A stretch of 64,000 bases of DNA from Octopus bimaculoides (GCF_001194135.2 NC_068999.1:51842758-51906757); one strand, 5' to 3'. Numbered from the stretch's first letter, positions 1-12,841 are shown. Numbers and translations: made by a program. The notes: generated by a model from the sequence alone, not told the origin.

Positions 1-33
<33 letters not shown>
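1..33. repeat. (AAT)n microsatellite
   Basis: Direct reading. Confidence 0.95.
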
Positions 34-34
<1 letters not shown>

Positions 35-104
35 GAGGGAGAAAGATGTCCAAGCACTTGTTTGGCATACATTTTCAGTTGAATAGATTGGAATCATGTC
101 AATT

Positions 105-590
105 GAAGAGCCTTGCTCCACCTCACCTAGGAATTGAACCCACAATCTTATGATCATGAGTCTAGCACCCTAAGCTGTTGTTGTTGTTGGCACTCCGTCG
201 CTTACGACGACTAGGGTTCCAGTTGATCCGATCAACGGAACAGCCTGCTCGTGAAATTAACGTGCAAGTGGCTGAGCACTCCACAGACACGTGTACCCTT
301 AACGTAGTTCTCGGGGATATTCAGCGTGACACAGTGTGACAAGGCTGACCCTTTGAATTACAGGCACAACAGAAACAGGAAGTAAGAGTGAGAGAAAGTT
401 GTGGTGAAAGAGTACAGCAGGGTTCGCCACCATCCCCTGCCGGAGCCTCATTGAGCTTTAGGTGTTTTCACTCAATAAACACTCACAACGCCCGGTCTGG
501 GAATTGAAACCGCGATCCTATGACCGCGAGTCCGCTGCCCTAACCACTGGACCATTGCGCCTCCACAGCACCCTAAGCACTAAGCCTATA
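105..590 (-). mobile_element. Old tRNA-headed SINE fragment, split by a younger SINE
   Basis: Joining 567-590 and 105-175 on the - strand gives a tRNA-like head (GGCTTAGTGCTTAGGGTGCTAGACTCATGATCATAAGATTGTGGGTTCAATTCCTAGG) with A- and B-box-like motifs. Confidence 0.7.
176..566 (-). mobile_element. Young full-length tRNA-derived SINE (family D here) with 12-bp TSD
   Basis: - strand head GTGGAGGCGCAATGGTCCAGTGGTTAGGG...GGTTTCAATTCCC (A/B boxes); (CAA)n tail; perfect TSD AGCACCCTAAGC at 164-175 and 567-578; many CpGs retained. Confidence 0.9.
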
Positions 591-1242
591 ATATATTTTG
601 TGTCAGACTAATTATATTACAGTAATTGCAATGCTTCTTCAATAATGAACAAGAGAAACCTGTTATCTAATATTTGTGAGTTGTTCATCAAAACGCATAA
701 TAGCTCCTGAATGGGATTCCTTTCATATCTGTAACATTTATACACGGTGTAGCCCTTTTGACCAGTAAATGTGGATTCAATAGCTGTGAAAAACTAGGGT
801 TAAATTTTATATGAGATACATGGAAATTCCAGATTTTTATCTTCCTCTAAAAAAGAGTTGACAATTATACAAAATTGACTTTTATTCTCTGTTCAAGTAT
901 ATGCAGTCTCTTTTTCTCTCTGGTTTAATATTATGGAAGTCGGAGGAAAGCACTGACAAACATTATTGATCTTTGTGGTTTGGGAAATGCCTGAATATTT
1001 AAAGTTTCATTCATAGAAGAAAGTACAGAGGAATAAAACGGAGGGAAAAGTAGTTGGCTTGAGATAGAGGAACAGATTAGATAATAACTATAGTTTCACG
1101 TGGTCGTATTATCAATGTAAAAAACAAATTTGGGATTACTCAAAAATAGTTCTTTGATGTTAAACAAACAAACAAAAAAAATAAATTAAAGCTACATAAG
1201 TAAAGCTAAGGCAAGAAAGGCCATTCTTCTCTTCCTCTTCTG

Positions 1243-1273
<31 letters not shown>
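1243..1273. repeat. (CAT)n microsatellite
   Basis: Direct reading. Confidence 0.95.
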
Positions 1274-1275
<2 letters not shown>

Positions 1276-1339
1276 GAATTCAAGCTTAGTTCAAAGATGG
1301 AAAGTGATATTGCGTACAATTTTGGAAACAAGTAAATGT

Positions 1340-1782
1340 ATCATTTCTCTCTTCTCCTCCCCCACCAGTCTCTGCCCCCTTTTTCTCCTCCTCTTCCTCC
1401 TTCTCTTCCTTCTCTTTTTCTTCCTCCTTTTCTTCCTCCTCTTCTTCCTCCTCCACTTCCTTCTCCTCCTCTTCTTCCTTCTCTTCTCTTCTTTCCTCAC
1501 TCCTCCACTTCCTTCTCCTCCTCTTCTTCCTTCTCTTCTCTTCTTTCCCCACTTCTCCCCTCTTCCTTCTCTTCCTCCTTCCTTTTCCTTCTTCCTTCTC
1601 TTCTTCCTTCACTTCCTCCGCTTCCTCTTCTTTCTCCTTTTCCCCCTCCATTTCCCCTCCTCTTCCCCCTCTTCCTCTTCCTCATCCTCATCTTTCCCCT
1701 CCTTCTTTCTATCTCTTCCTTTTGGAGATTTTACTGATGTCGTTTTTGGTGATGGTGGGGTTGATGACAATAATGATGATGG

Positions 1783-1818
<36 letters not shown>

Positions 1819-1850
1819 CGACGACGATGATGATGATGATGATGATGATA
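1340..1850. repeat. (CTT/CCT)-rich polypyrimidine low-complexity tract followed by (GAT/GAC)n
   Basis: Direct reading; accounts for the spurious E/K-, L/F- and D-rich ORFs at 1286-1979. Confidence 0.95.
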
Positions 1851-2099
1851 TTAAAGGAGAACAGGAGAAGAAGAAGCAAGAATATGAGGACCAGTAAAAG
1901 AAAGAAAGTGGTAGAAGACAATGGCTGTTGCTCTGATCATGGTAGCGGTGTGGTCATGGTGAGGTTTAGGGAGAAGTAAACATTTAGATTATGGCAACTA
2001 CAGCTTGCTTCACCTTATCTTTGAATGATTTCAAGTGCTGCTTACTTGCACAAGATGCAAAGTCTATATTGAACCAGATTTAGAAAATATTCTTCTGTA

Positions 2100-2500
2100 T
2101 CGAGAGTGAGAGCTGCCGGATGGCAGTAATCTCCAGTTGAACACAAGTTCTCCCACTTCAACTGTTCTAATTCCTTGCATCTTTAATTTCCAACTCTTGA
2201 CAGTTGTTTCAAAGACGATGTGTTTCAAAAGTGTTGGAAACAGGTTTCTGTAGGCTGGAGAGGAATGAAGCTGGTGTTCTCCACTGAATGTGCAATGTTA
2301 GTGTGCATGTGCAACAAAGCATTGGTGTATTGAGAGAGATGTTGGGCAGGAAGAGGAATTATATGCTATGTGCAAGAGTCGAGACTGCACTGGTTTGGTC
2401 ATGTGATGTAGATGGATGAGGACAGTTGCATAAAGAAGTGCTGATCACTTAAATTGGAGGGAAGTTGTGAAAGCGGGAGATGCAGGAAGACATGGATGGT
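2100..2500 (+). mobile_element. Decayed RTE-clade LINE, 3' part of the ORF
   Basis: 2252-2495 translates, with stops and a frameshift, as RLERNEAGVLH*MCNVSVHVQQSIGVLREMLG / RGIICYVQESRLHWFGHVM*MDEDSCIKKC*SLKLEGSCESGRCRKTW, matching the RTE RLRWFGHV...GRPRKTW C-terminus. Confidence 0.85.
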
Positions 2501-3108
2501 CTGGATGAGAATGTATTTGAAATATAATTATTGTACCTGTTTTAAATATCATATTAAAAATTATCACACTCCACCTCGAGAAGACACATTCAATAACATA
2601 ATGCTTGATACACTATGTCTGAAAAGAAAAAAAAAAGCAGAAACACCTGGCTGATCAGGATAGAGCATCTATGATCATTGGCTTATCTGCTCAACCAGTG
2701 CTATCAGGAGATAACTAATCCTTGATATACGACATGCTTTCATGTTCTATAAACTGCTTCAGAGTTTCCATAAATTTTTTTCTTTTGTTTTTCTTCTTTT
2801 CTATAGAAAAATTAATATTCAGTCAAGTCGTAAAATGTGGTGACTGAAATTCTTAACAGAAAATAGAGATTGTATTTATGCATATAAAGTCAGACAAATA
2901 AGTTGATGTCTTAATATTTTTACATTCGACTTTCAGAAAGAAAAGAGAGAAAGTAAAAGAAACAGGTACAGTTTCATCAAATTACAGGGCATGTTAAAAA
3001 TAAAAATAAAATAAAATCATTTTTATGTTAAGAGGTTGTGTTTTTCCCATGTGAAAACAAATACTAAAACATGAGAAAAACAAGATTTTTTTGTATGAAG
3101 TTCACATA

Positions 3109-3312
3109 ATAATAATAATAATAATAATGATTTCATTTATTTGCTGGGATAGCTGATTACATTTGACCCCACTGTTCACCTGATACTTAATTTATTAACT
3201 CTGAAAGGATGAAAGGCAAAGTTGACCTCGGCAGAATTTGAACTCAGAATGTGCAGATGGACGAAATGCCATTAAGCATTTTGCCCGGTGTGCTAATGAT
3301 TCTGCCAGCACC
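3109..3312 (-). mobile_element. tRNA-derived SINE (family C here)
   Basis: - strand GGTGCTGGCAGAATCATTAGCAC...TTCTGAGTTCAAATTCTGCCGAGGTCAACTTTGCCTTTCATCC, with an (ATT)n end; related copies at 8520, 43010-43640 and 62080. Confidence 0.8.
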
Positions 3313-3354
3313 AAGATGGGCTACTCAACCAGAAGAAAATTCTAACTGGGCCCC

Positions 3355-3540
3355 ACATGCAAAGTCATGTGGTGTTTATCTTGATATGAGATCACCATGT
3401 CACACACATATGGTTATGATGCATGTGCCTGGTGTACCCTTTCCAGACAGGTAGTCATGATGGGAATATTGGGCTTTGTATATTTGTACCCCAGTGTCAC
3501 TTTGATGGCATGCACTGCTCTCTCACTCAATAATAATAAT
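3355..3540 (+). mobile_element. Probable 3' fragment of a SINE/LINE ending in (AAT)n
   Basis: GC-richer segment ending CTCTCTCACTCAATAATAATAAT; family not assigned. Confidence 0.45.
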
Positions 3541-4414
3541 GCTTGATGAGACATATGGCTTCATATGTTTAAGAGCTACACAGTGTGTGTGATATCCATT
3601 CATTCATGCCTTTCCCAAGAGCTTTAACAGCAAAAGTGTAATGGTTTCATGTAAGAATTTAGACTGTTTTACAGTATAGGCTAGCAAGGAATTTTCTTTG
3701 TACTCTTTTGCATTCACCGCTTTTACAAAGCATATTTCATATTAGATCTCAGATAAATCAGTAATGATGCTTTTAAATAAAGATGCATTGTTATCAGAAA
3801 AAAACAACAAAATCCCCCACAAGGATCAGCTCTATTTTGCATTCTTGTTGTAATTGAAGAGTGATTATCTATTGAATAGCATGATTGATAGTGATTGATT
3901 TCTCAAGTATTGGATTTAAAGAGATATGTTATACCCATTGTCTACATGCAGCATATATTTGAATGAGCAAATATTGAATAGTGATTAGCTTTTTTTTTTT
4001 TCCAGTTTTTTTTTCTTTTACATGTCCATTCCATACAGATTCAATCTTAAAATATTCCTGATATCAAATACAGAATTGTTGATTCTATTCCTTTTTATTT
4101 TGTAGATCATTCTATTGTTCATATTAAAATTTTTTTTTCATAGTGTTATCTGTGTGCTACATGTATACTGTGGTTTAGATGTGTCAGCCTAAAAATTCAT
4201 CAATAAAGCTACAATATAGCAGACAAGAGTAACAGTAATGGGTAACCATAGATGTCTGACAAAATACAGCATGAGTATACATAAACATGTCTGAGTATGT
4301 ATATGTAAATATATGTGCACACACACATATACATATATACATTGTTGTTGGAAGATAATTCACAGACAGACTTATGTCTATAATAGAAAGGGGATCTTTA
4401 CCCTTATATCTATA

Positions 4415-4660
4415 TCTATACTCTTTTACTCTTTTACTTGTTTCAGTCATGCTGGAGCACCGCCTTTAGTCGAGCAAATCGACCCCAGGACTTATTCTTT
4501 GGAAGCCTAGTACTTATTCTATCGGTCTCTTTTGCTGAACCGCTAAGTTACAGGGACGTTGGGGTGGGGGACAAACACAGACACACAAACATATACACAC
4601 ACATACATATATATATATATATACATATATACGACAGGCTTCTTTCAGTTTCAGTTTCTA
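4415..4660 (-). mobile_element. SINE family A (internal TA/TG microsatellite), 3' portion, young subfamily
   Basis: Reverse complement of the 34553-34948 copy (GACTAAAGGCGGTGCTCCAGCATG...GAAACAAGTAAAAGAG). Confidence 0.85.
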
Positions 4661-5715
4661 TTTTTGTCATGCTAGCACCTGCCATATGAGCACCAACAAT
4701 TTGTCATTTTAATGAATTTTAATTACAAATTTCTGATGATATCTGAAAAGAAACAGTAATTTTAGCTAAACATATTAAGCAACACTAATAATAAATCAAA
4801 AAAACATAAAAATAAACAAGCGTTTGACGGTTTTATAGATATTTCAAAATTATGATGCTATGATGCTAAGTGTTTCCATTATTATTATTAAAAGAAACCA
4901 TTATTATTATTATCATTATCATAGAGAACTACATATCTAAAGCTCTAGAGAGCACCACCTGTATCCCTTTATTAATCCACTAATCTACAATCCCTAGTTA
5001 TTCAGCTCTACCGATCAATGCCTCTACCACTTTATCAATCCACTTATGCACCAGATATATAGATAGTTCTACAGCTCTAGGGCTTTACAGATCTACACAG
5101 TACGCTTTTAACAATCCTACTATCAATAAGTACAGTAAATATCTAACAATCAATTGCTTTCTGTGACATCTTTCACAAATTCTTCAATACTACTAAAATG
5201 ATACTTCTGAAGAAATACTTACAGCTTTGATCAAAAGGTAAGTGATGTAAAAGACAGGAACAGTGCCATATTGAGGGTCTTTGATGTTCAAATTCTGAAT
5301 TTTGTCAATGTAATATTGCTAGTGGAGATGAGGTCAGCTGAGCTGAAGGAAAAGTTCAATGAACAAGTAAGCAGATGTTGAAATAATTGCTATTATTGTC
5401 ACCGTTCTCTGCTACTGCAGACTGTCTATACTATTGACCATCACCATTAATCTGTACTACTGCACATCGAGAGAGAGCCTCTATATATTTGCTTGATCTG
5501 CTAGAAATAGCAAGCAAATTTTCCTCAAATCATACATTGTACTCTCTTGGGAAAGGAAAGGATATGCTGGATAATTTAATCCTGGACATACTCTAAAAAA
5601 TTGACAATGATGGTCATTAGGAGAGGTGGTGAGAGGAATGAGGAGATGGGAGAAGGCTGGGAAGAGGAGAAGGAGGTAAAGAAAGGAGGAGAAGGGTTAG
5701 AGGGAAAAGAAGGAG

Positions 5716-5829
5716 GCCTTATAGTTTAACACACTCACCGGTAAAATTTCCACTTATTTCTTATTTTTATTTTCCTAAAATTTTCGTTGCATCTTGCAAA
5801 CTTTTCGATAGTGTGTTAAATTATAAGGC
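5716..5829. mobile_element. 114-bp element with 20-bp terminal inverted repeats (MITE-like)
   Basis: GCCTTATAGTTTAACACACT (5716-5735) and AGTGTGTTAAATTATAAGGC (5810-5829) are 19/20 complementary. Confidence 0.65.
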
Positions 5830-5978
5830 ACAAAAAGAAAATGACTCTCACCAGACACAATAGAATATGCTTCGACACACGAACTCACATAAAGAATCTT
5901 GAAAACCAAATCCAAAAACAAAATATGAGGTGTAAGTTTCTCATTAATTCAGCATAGAGGATGTTTTCTTCCTCCCCT

Positions 5979-6412
5979 ATGTATGTATGTATGTATGTAT
6001 GTATGTATGTATGTATGTATNNNNNNNNNNNNNNNNNNNNNNNNNNNNNNNNNNNNNNNNNNNNNNNNNNNNNNNNNNNNNNNNNNNNNNNNNNNNNNNN
6101 NNNNNNNNNNNNNNNNNNNNNNNNNNNNNNNNNNNNNNNNNNNNNNNNNNNNNNNNNNNNNNNNNNNNNNNNNNNNNNNNNNNNNNNNNNNNNNNNNNNN
6201 NNNNNNNNNNNNNNNNNNNNNNNNNNNNNNNNNNNNNNNNNNNNNNNNNNNNNNNNNNNNNNNNNNNNNNNNNNNNNNNNNNNNNNNNNNNNNNNNNNNN
6301 NNNNNNNNNNNNNNNNNNNNNNNNNNNNNNNNNNNNNNNNNNNNNNNNNNNNNNNNNNNNNNNNNNNNNNNNNNNNNNNNNNNNNNNNNNNNNNNNNNNN
6401 NNNNNNNNNNNN

Positions 6413-6451
<39 letters not shown>
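5979..6451. repeat. (TATG)n, assembly gap, (GT)n
   Basis: N-run 6021-6412 flanked by microsatellites. Confidence 0.95.
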
Positions 6452-6452
<1 letters not shown>

Positions 6453-6999
6453 ATACAGTCTTCAACAATCAAAACAGTCTAGTCACGACACTCCTTTGTA
6501 CCTGCATTCAATCTCTACATGTATTAGTCATTGTTGCTAAACTTCAGTTAAGACATCATCCTTCCGTTCCTAGATAGGCCTTTTACACTTAAAATATAAA
6601 AAAAATTCTTTCATCGTGTGAGAAAAAGAAAAGGTTTCCATTAAATACTTATATTGACTTTAATTTTCAGATCAGCAGTCAGCGCTGGATTCTCTCAAGA
6701 ATAGTTAGAAGCCAGCCTGTTTCAAATAATTTTGCAGCAGTTTTTGTTAATTTAACATTGCTACCAGCTGCTATGAGGCATTTTTTTGTCTTCCTCCAAT
6801 ACATATTGTGCTTTTAACCACAGCTCATCCATAAATGGTGTTATCTCTGAATGGATTCTACAGTAAATTGCCTTGATGGTGGTTTCAATTTGATACTGTT
6901 TCAGTATGAGGCCATGTAAAATTGTGGCCATTCATACATACAGGCATGTCTTTTATTGCCATGCCCCACTCCCTCTCCCAACTGAGAGTCTTTTATTTT

Positions 7000-7291
7000 T
7001 TTTGCGGATGCTGGTGCCACATAAAATGCACTCATGCTGGTGCCATGTAAAATGCACTTGTGCCAGTGCCTTGTAAAAGCACCCATGCTGGTAGCACATA
7101 AGAAGCACCCAGCACCATCTGTGAAGTGGTTGGCATTAGGAAGGGCATCATACCCTAGAAACCATGCCAAAACAGACAACTGGAGCCTGGACAGCTCTCT
7201 AGCTGGCCAGCTCCTGTCAAACTGTCCAATACATGCCAGCATGGAAAATGGACATTAAACAATGATAATGATGATGATGATGATGATGATA

Positions 7292-7331
<40 letters not shown>
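7000..7331 (+). mobile_element. SINE family B with internal ~26-bp minisatellite and (GAT)n tail
   Basis: About four ATGCTGGTGCCACATAAAATGCAC-like units, then GTGGTTGGCATTAGGAAGGGCATC...CATGCCAGCATGGAAAATGGACATTAAAC-(GAT)n. Confidence 0.8.
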
Positions 7332-7698
7332 CTGCTTTGATTGCATATACTGGATTTTTATTCTGCCAGGTGGCTTATTTGCAACATCAGCAAATTTTTT
7401 TATTCACTGTTTTCTATACCAGAGGAGACAAATCTCATCTAAGTATACAGATGGCAGTGAGTATGTGCCATATATCTGGTGCATTTGCTAGCCACTGCTG
7501 AGAGGAATTTTCATTTTCCTCTGATATGTATTCTGTTTTTAAACACAGCATGTCCATAAGAGATGTTGTCTCTGAACAAACACGGGAGTAACTTGCCTCT
7601 CAATGATTTATATACATTAAGTATGATACATAGATGACTGACAAAGAAAGTGAAGATTATTAGATCCTCATATGTCGAAACCAATGGGAGAATCCATC

Positions 7699-7719
7699 AC
7701 ACACACACACACACACACG

Positions 7720-7760
<41 letters not shown>

Positions 7761-7763
7761 GCA
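7699..7763. repeat. (CA)n(CG)5(CA)n alternating purine-pyrimidine tract
   Basis: Direct reading. Confidence 0.9.
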
Positions 7764-7989
7764 NNNNNNNNNNAAAGTAGATTTACATTTATTTAGCTAT
7801 CTCTTTTGCATTCATATATTAACAGTTTAGATCTTAATTATAAAAAGATATGAAACCCTTATTCTATGCTAATTTAGTTAATTATAAGATAGAAATTTAA
7901 ATTTAATAAAATGTTTTGTAAGAAATTTCAAGTGCCTACGTGATAAGTGTAAACCTACTAAGGAAAATGCCCCTTTTATTTGAATATTA

Positions 7990-8515
7990 TGCACCCAGTA
8001 TACTTTGCAAAGTGGCTGGCTTTAGGAAGGACATCCAGCCATAGAAACCATGCCAGAACAGACAATGGGAGCCTAGTGCAGCCCTCAGCCTTACCAGCTT
8101 CTGTAAAACCACCTAACCCACTTCAGCATGGAAAACGGACATTAAACGATGATGATCATCATCATGATCATCATCATCATAATCATCATCATCATAATCA
8201 TGATGACTCGTGTTTGTATGTTTGTATCTCCTTGTCTTGATATCATGTGACAGTTGCAAATGACTGTCACTATTTTACAAGCAGTATAATTTATTTCCTA
8301 TATTCTGCAAGAATACATCTGGCCATGGGGAAATATTACTTTACTTGGAAACAGGTGATGGTTAGCAACAGGAAAGGCATCCAGTCAGAGAAAAATTTCC
8401 CCAGTAAACTCCATCCAGCCCATACTAGTATGGAAAAATGGACACTAAAAGGATGATGGTGATGAGGACGACGATGATGACGATGATGATGATGATGGTG
8501 ATGATGGTGATGATA
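7990..8515 (+). mobile_element. Two tandem family-B-type SINE 3' fragments, each with a (GAT/CAT)n tail
   Basis: CATGGAAAACGGACATTAAACGATGATGAT near 8127-8155; ATGGAAAAATGGACACTAAAAGGATGATG near 8430-8460. Confidence 0.75.
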
Positions 8516-9099
8516 GTATTTATTTCAGTTCTCCACATGAAGTTCAAATCCTGCTGAACGGCTGAAGTCAACTTTACCTTTTATCCTTCCAGAGATGATA
8601 AATAAAGTACCAGTCAAGTACTGGGGTCAATTCTTCTTTTTCTTCTTCTTCTTCTTTCCCCTTCCTTTTTTCTTTGAATGGGCTACATTGTGCAGTAAGA
8701 CGGTTCATGGAGGAACCCCTCACCACAAACCTTCCAGAAATGAGGAATGGTTGAGTTCTCATAGAAAAAAATGAATGATATGCAACTGGTTGAAACCATC
8801 CAAGGATAGACCGATGTGCAGGACAGTATGGGAATAAAGAAGTCAATATAATTCACTGTTCCCTCCTGCTGTGGCATTGTGTTCATGTTATATAAATCAA
8901 TATATACAGGCTTATATGACAGTGGCCATAACTGAAGATATTCTGAGTTCAAAGAGTGACAAATGAATAAAGACAAATTAACCAATTTTCCTTTTTAAAT
9001 TTTCCTGCGATTAATAAATTAATTATTATATATATGCTGGTTTGTTTGACAATATCCTCTTCCTTAGTTGAGCCATTCAACCACATTTCAATCAAAAGA

Positions 9100-9591
<492 letters not shown>

Positions 9592-10903
9592 TGAAACTGA
9601 TTTTCTCAGCTTACAGAAAAGGTGGTTACTAAGTAGGGGATCATTAATCATTTATTCCTCCGCATTCTCTCTCTTTCTCATTTTTATTTTCTCTTATTCA
9701 TTTCCTCACCCTCTCATTCATCAATGGAATTTTTTCAAGTGTTCACTTTCCAACCACATCCACCTAGATCTAAAGCATTGTCTCTCCATAAATGTTATTT
9801 CATTTCCTAATGTGAGGGTGTGTTGTGTCAATGGCAATGATTGTATATTATGTTAAGTCTGGTGTTATTTCATTTCTAAATTACTTCAGTTCGGCCATGA
9901 AAATAAATGGGTGTCTTCTCTGTTGGAATTACATTTTTCGCACACAACAAATGACATTTCAACTGTCAGAGCCGAATCGATTATGTACAGCCTCTTCATA
10001 TATATTAATATTTTCATTTCTACATCGAATGTTCCTTTCTTACATTTTATACCAGTCATTTTAACCAATTGCCAAAGATATTAATTATATAAATCCGGAA
10101 AATGAAACATCACTAATTTCAAACACCCCAATTTAGTTATATATATATATATATATATNNNNNNNNNNNNNNNNNNNNNNNNNNNNNNNNNNNNNNNNNN
10201 NNNNNNNNNNNNNNNNNNNNNNNNNNNNNNNNNNNNNNNNNNNNNNNNNNNNNNNNNNNNNNNNNNNNNNNNNNNNNNNNNNNNNNNNNNNNNNNNNNNN
10301 NNNNNNNNNNNNNNNNNNNNNNNNNNNNNNNNNNNNNNNNNNNNNNNNNNNNNNNNNNNNNNNNNNNNNNNNNNNNNNNNNNNNNNNNNNNNNNNNNNNN
10401 NNNNNNNNNNNNNNNNNNNNNNNNNNNNNNNNNNNNNNNNNNNNNNNNNNNNNNNNNNNNNNNNNNNNNNNNNNNNNNNNNNNNNNNNNNNNNNNNNNNN
10501 NNNNNNNNNNNNNNNNNNNNNNNNNNNNNNNNNNNNNNNNNNNNNNNNNNNNNNNNNNNNNNNNNNNNNNNNNNNNNNNNNNNNNNNNNNNNNNNNNNNN
10601 NNNNNNNNNNNNNNNNNNNNNNNNNNNNNNNNNNNNNNNNNNNNNNNNNNNNNNNNNNNNNNNNNNNNNNNNNNNNNNNNNNNNNNNNNNNNNNNNNNNN
10701 NNNNNNNNNNNNNNNNNNNNNNNNNNNNNNNNNNNNNNNNNNNNNNNNNNNNNNNNNNNNNNNNNNNNNNNNNNNNNNNNNNNNNNNNNNNNNNNNNNNN
10801 NNNNNNNNNNNNNNNNNNNNNNNNNNNNNNNNNNNNNNNNNNNNNNNNNNNNNNNNNNNNNNNNNNNNNNNNNNNNNNNNNNNNNNNNNNNNNNNNNNNN
10901 NNN

Positions 10904-10947
<44 letters not shown>

Positions 10948-11909
10948 ATGTGGGTGGGTGATCGAAAGAGAGAATATACATCGTTTATTTGCATTACAAC
11001 CTTCATTTTATTCTGTTTGTCCGTGGATAGGAGGGAGTCGCATTCACTGTTATAATGGACAGTGTTGTTTATTCTTCATACATTTCGTCTCGAAATATCA
11101 TCGGGGTAAATTGACCGAATGCTAACTATATATATATATATTGTTTCGGTCATGACATTCCTCTCCAATACATCTGTAATGTGTGTGCGTGTATAATCTG
11201 TGTGGGTATTTGACATGTCAGTACTTGCAACATTCCTTCATGTTAAAACATCACTAGGTTAGACGTTAGACACATCGTTCCTTTACACACTTTTTTCTTT
11301 TGTTAACAATTCACGATTTTCTTGCTTTTAAAGGACATATTTAGGCCACTGATTGCTCGTCAAGATTTCGTCACTATACTAGCAGAAACAGTTCTTCTTA
11401 ACCGGCATCATTCCATCTTGTAGTCGTCTTTTGAAAAGAAGATTTTTTTTTTTTTTGATTAACAAGATAGTAGTGTATGTGCTTTTCCCTGTGTATGTGT
11501 ATGTACATATGTACTCATTTATCTGCCCCGCCTCTGTACACACACACACACACACACACACATAGGGGTAGGGCGGATAAAAGAATATTCTTAACGCGCA
11601 AAACCAAGACATTTCGATGTGGTGGGCAGAGTGAACTTTATTGGAAATGGTGAAACGTTTCTTGTGTAAATGTAATGATATATACGTGTAGAAGAATAAA
11701 ATTTTTAAGGTATGTAGGTATGTATATCGCCCGATAATTTGTTGTCTCGTTGTAGAGTTCGCATGTAACTATATATATTGATGGATATATATGTAGACAC
11801 ATATCTGTGTGTGTGTGTGTATATAATGTGTTAATATATATATATTTGATGTATATACGTTTGTGTATATGGTTTATATGCATATGTGTGTATATATAAG
11901 TATGCATAC

Positions 11910-12290
11910 ATGTGTTCGTAGCTGTGGGGTCAGAAGTTGCTTCCCGGCCACTTGGTTCTGTGCCCAGTTTCACTGCGTGGCACCTTAGGCAAATGTCTGT
12001 TAGAGCTTCGGGCTGACCAGAACCTTGTGAACAGATTTGGTGGGCGGAAATGGAAAGAAACCCGTGATATATTTGTGTGTGCGTGTCTCACCACCACCGC
12101 TTGACAACTGGTGTTGGTGTGTTTACGTCTCCGTAACTTAGTAGTTCGGCAAAAGGGATCACTAGAATAAGTACAAATCTATGAAAATAAAATCAAGTAC
12201 TGAAGTAGATTCATTCGACTAAAAATTCATCGAGGCGGTGCTGCCCCAGCATGGCTGCAGTCTAATGATTGAAACAAGTAAAAGATAGTA
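11910..12290 (+). mobile_element. SINE family A, near full length
   Basis: Head, then GGCACCTTAGGCAAATGTC (resembles the CORE-SINE ACCTTGGGCAAGT motif), TG tract, and tail GAAACAAGTAAAAGA. Confidence 0.85.
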
Positions 12291-12424
12291 GATATATACA
12301 CCCAGACATTTACGAACTCTGACTAGATTCTCAATTTTCTTATATAACTATATGCATATTTATCTATCTATCTATCTATATGTCTGTCTGTCTTATAAAT
12401 ACACACACACACACACACACACAC

Positions 12425-12600
12425 ACATCATCCTGACCATTTAACGTCCCTTTTCCATGCTGGCATGGGTTGGGCAATGAGAAGTGTTCCAAACTGTACT
12501 GTCCACTTTGATATGATTTCAAAGGCTGGATGCCCTTCCTAATGCCAACCATTTTACTGAGTGTAACTAGGTGCCTTCTACATGGCTCCAGTGATGCGTG
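12425..12600 (-). mobile_element. SINE family B fragment
   Basis: CATCATC...TTAACGTCCCTTTTCCATGCTGGCATGGGTTGG...GGATGCCCTTCCTAATGCCAACC. Confidence 0.8.
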
Positions 12601-12841
12601 TTTATGTATATACATGCGTGTTTATGTATATACATGTGTCCCTATGGACAACATTGGTGGCACGGAGAGGAGAGGCTAGTATGTGTGTGCAACTGCTGGT
12701 CTTCCACAAACAACCTTGCCTGGCATGTGCCTTGGAGGGGAACCTTTGAAGTACAATACCATGGTCATTCTTGACCCAAGTAGGGTCTTTTTTTTATTTA
12801 TTTTAATATGTCTCTCTCTCTCCTCTCTCCCCATATATATA

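Noticed and set aside
500-566. tRNA-like sequences (also 32368 and 63140-63205)
   Set aside because: They run directly into SINE bodies and lack a proper acceptor stem; SINE heads, not tRNA genes.
1286-1979. E/K-, L/F-, P/S- and D/M-rich ORFs
   Set aside because: Translations of simple repeats with no splice or domain evidence.
5885-6577. Long ORFs containing X runs (also 10133-11006, 12977-13552, 15616-16089, 47567-47872)
   Set aside because: Open only because they cross N-gaps and microsatellites.
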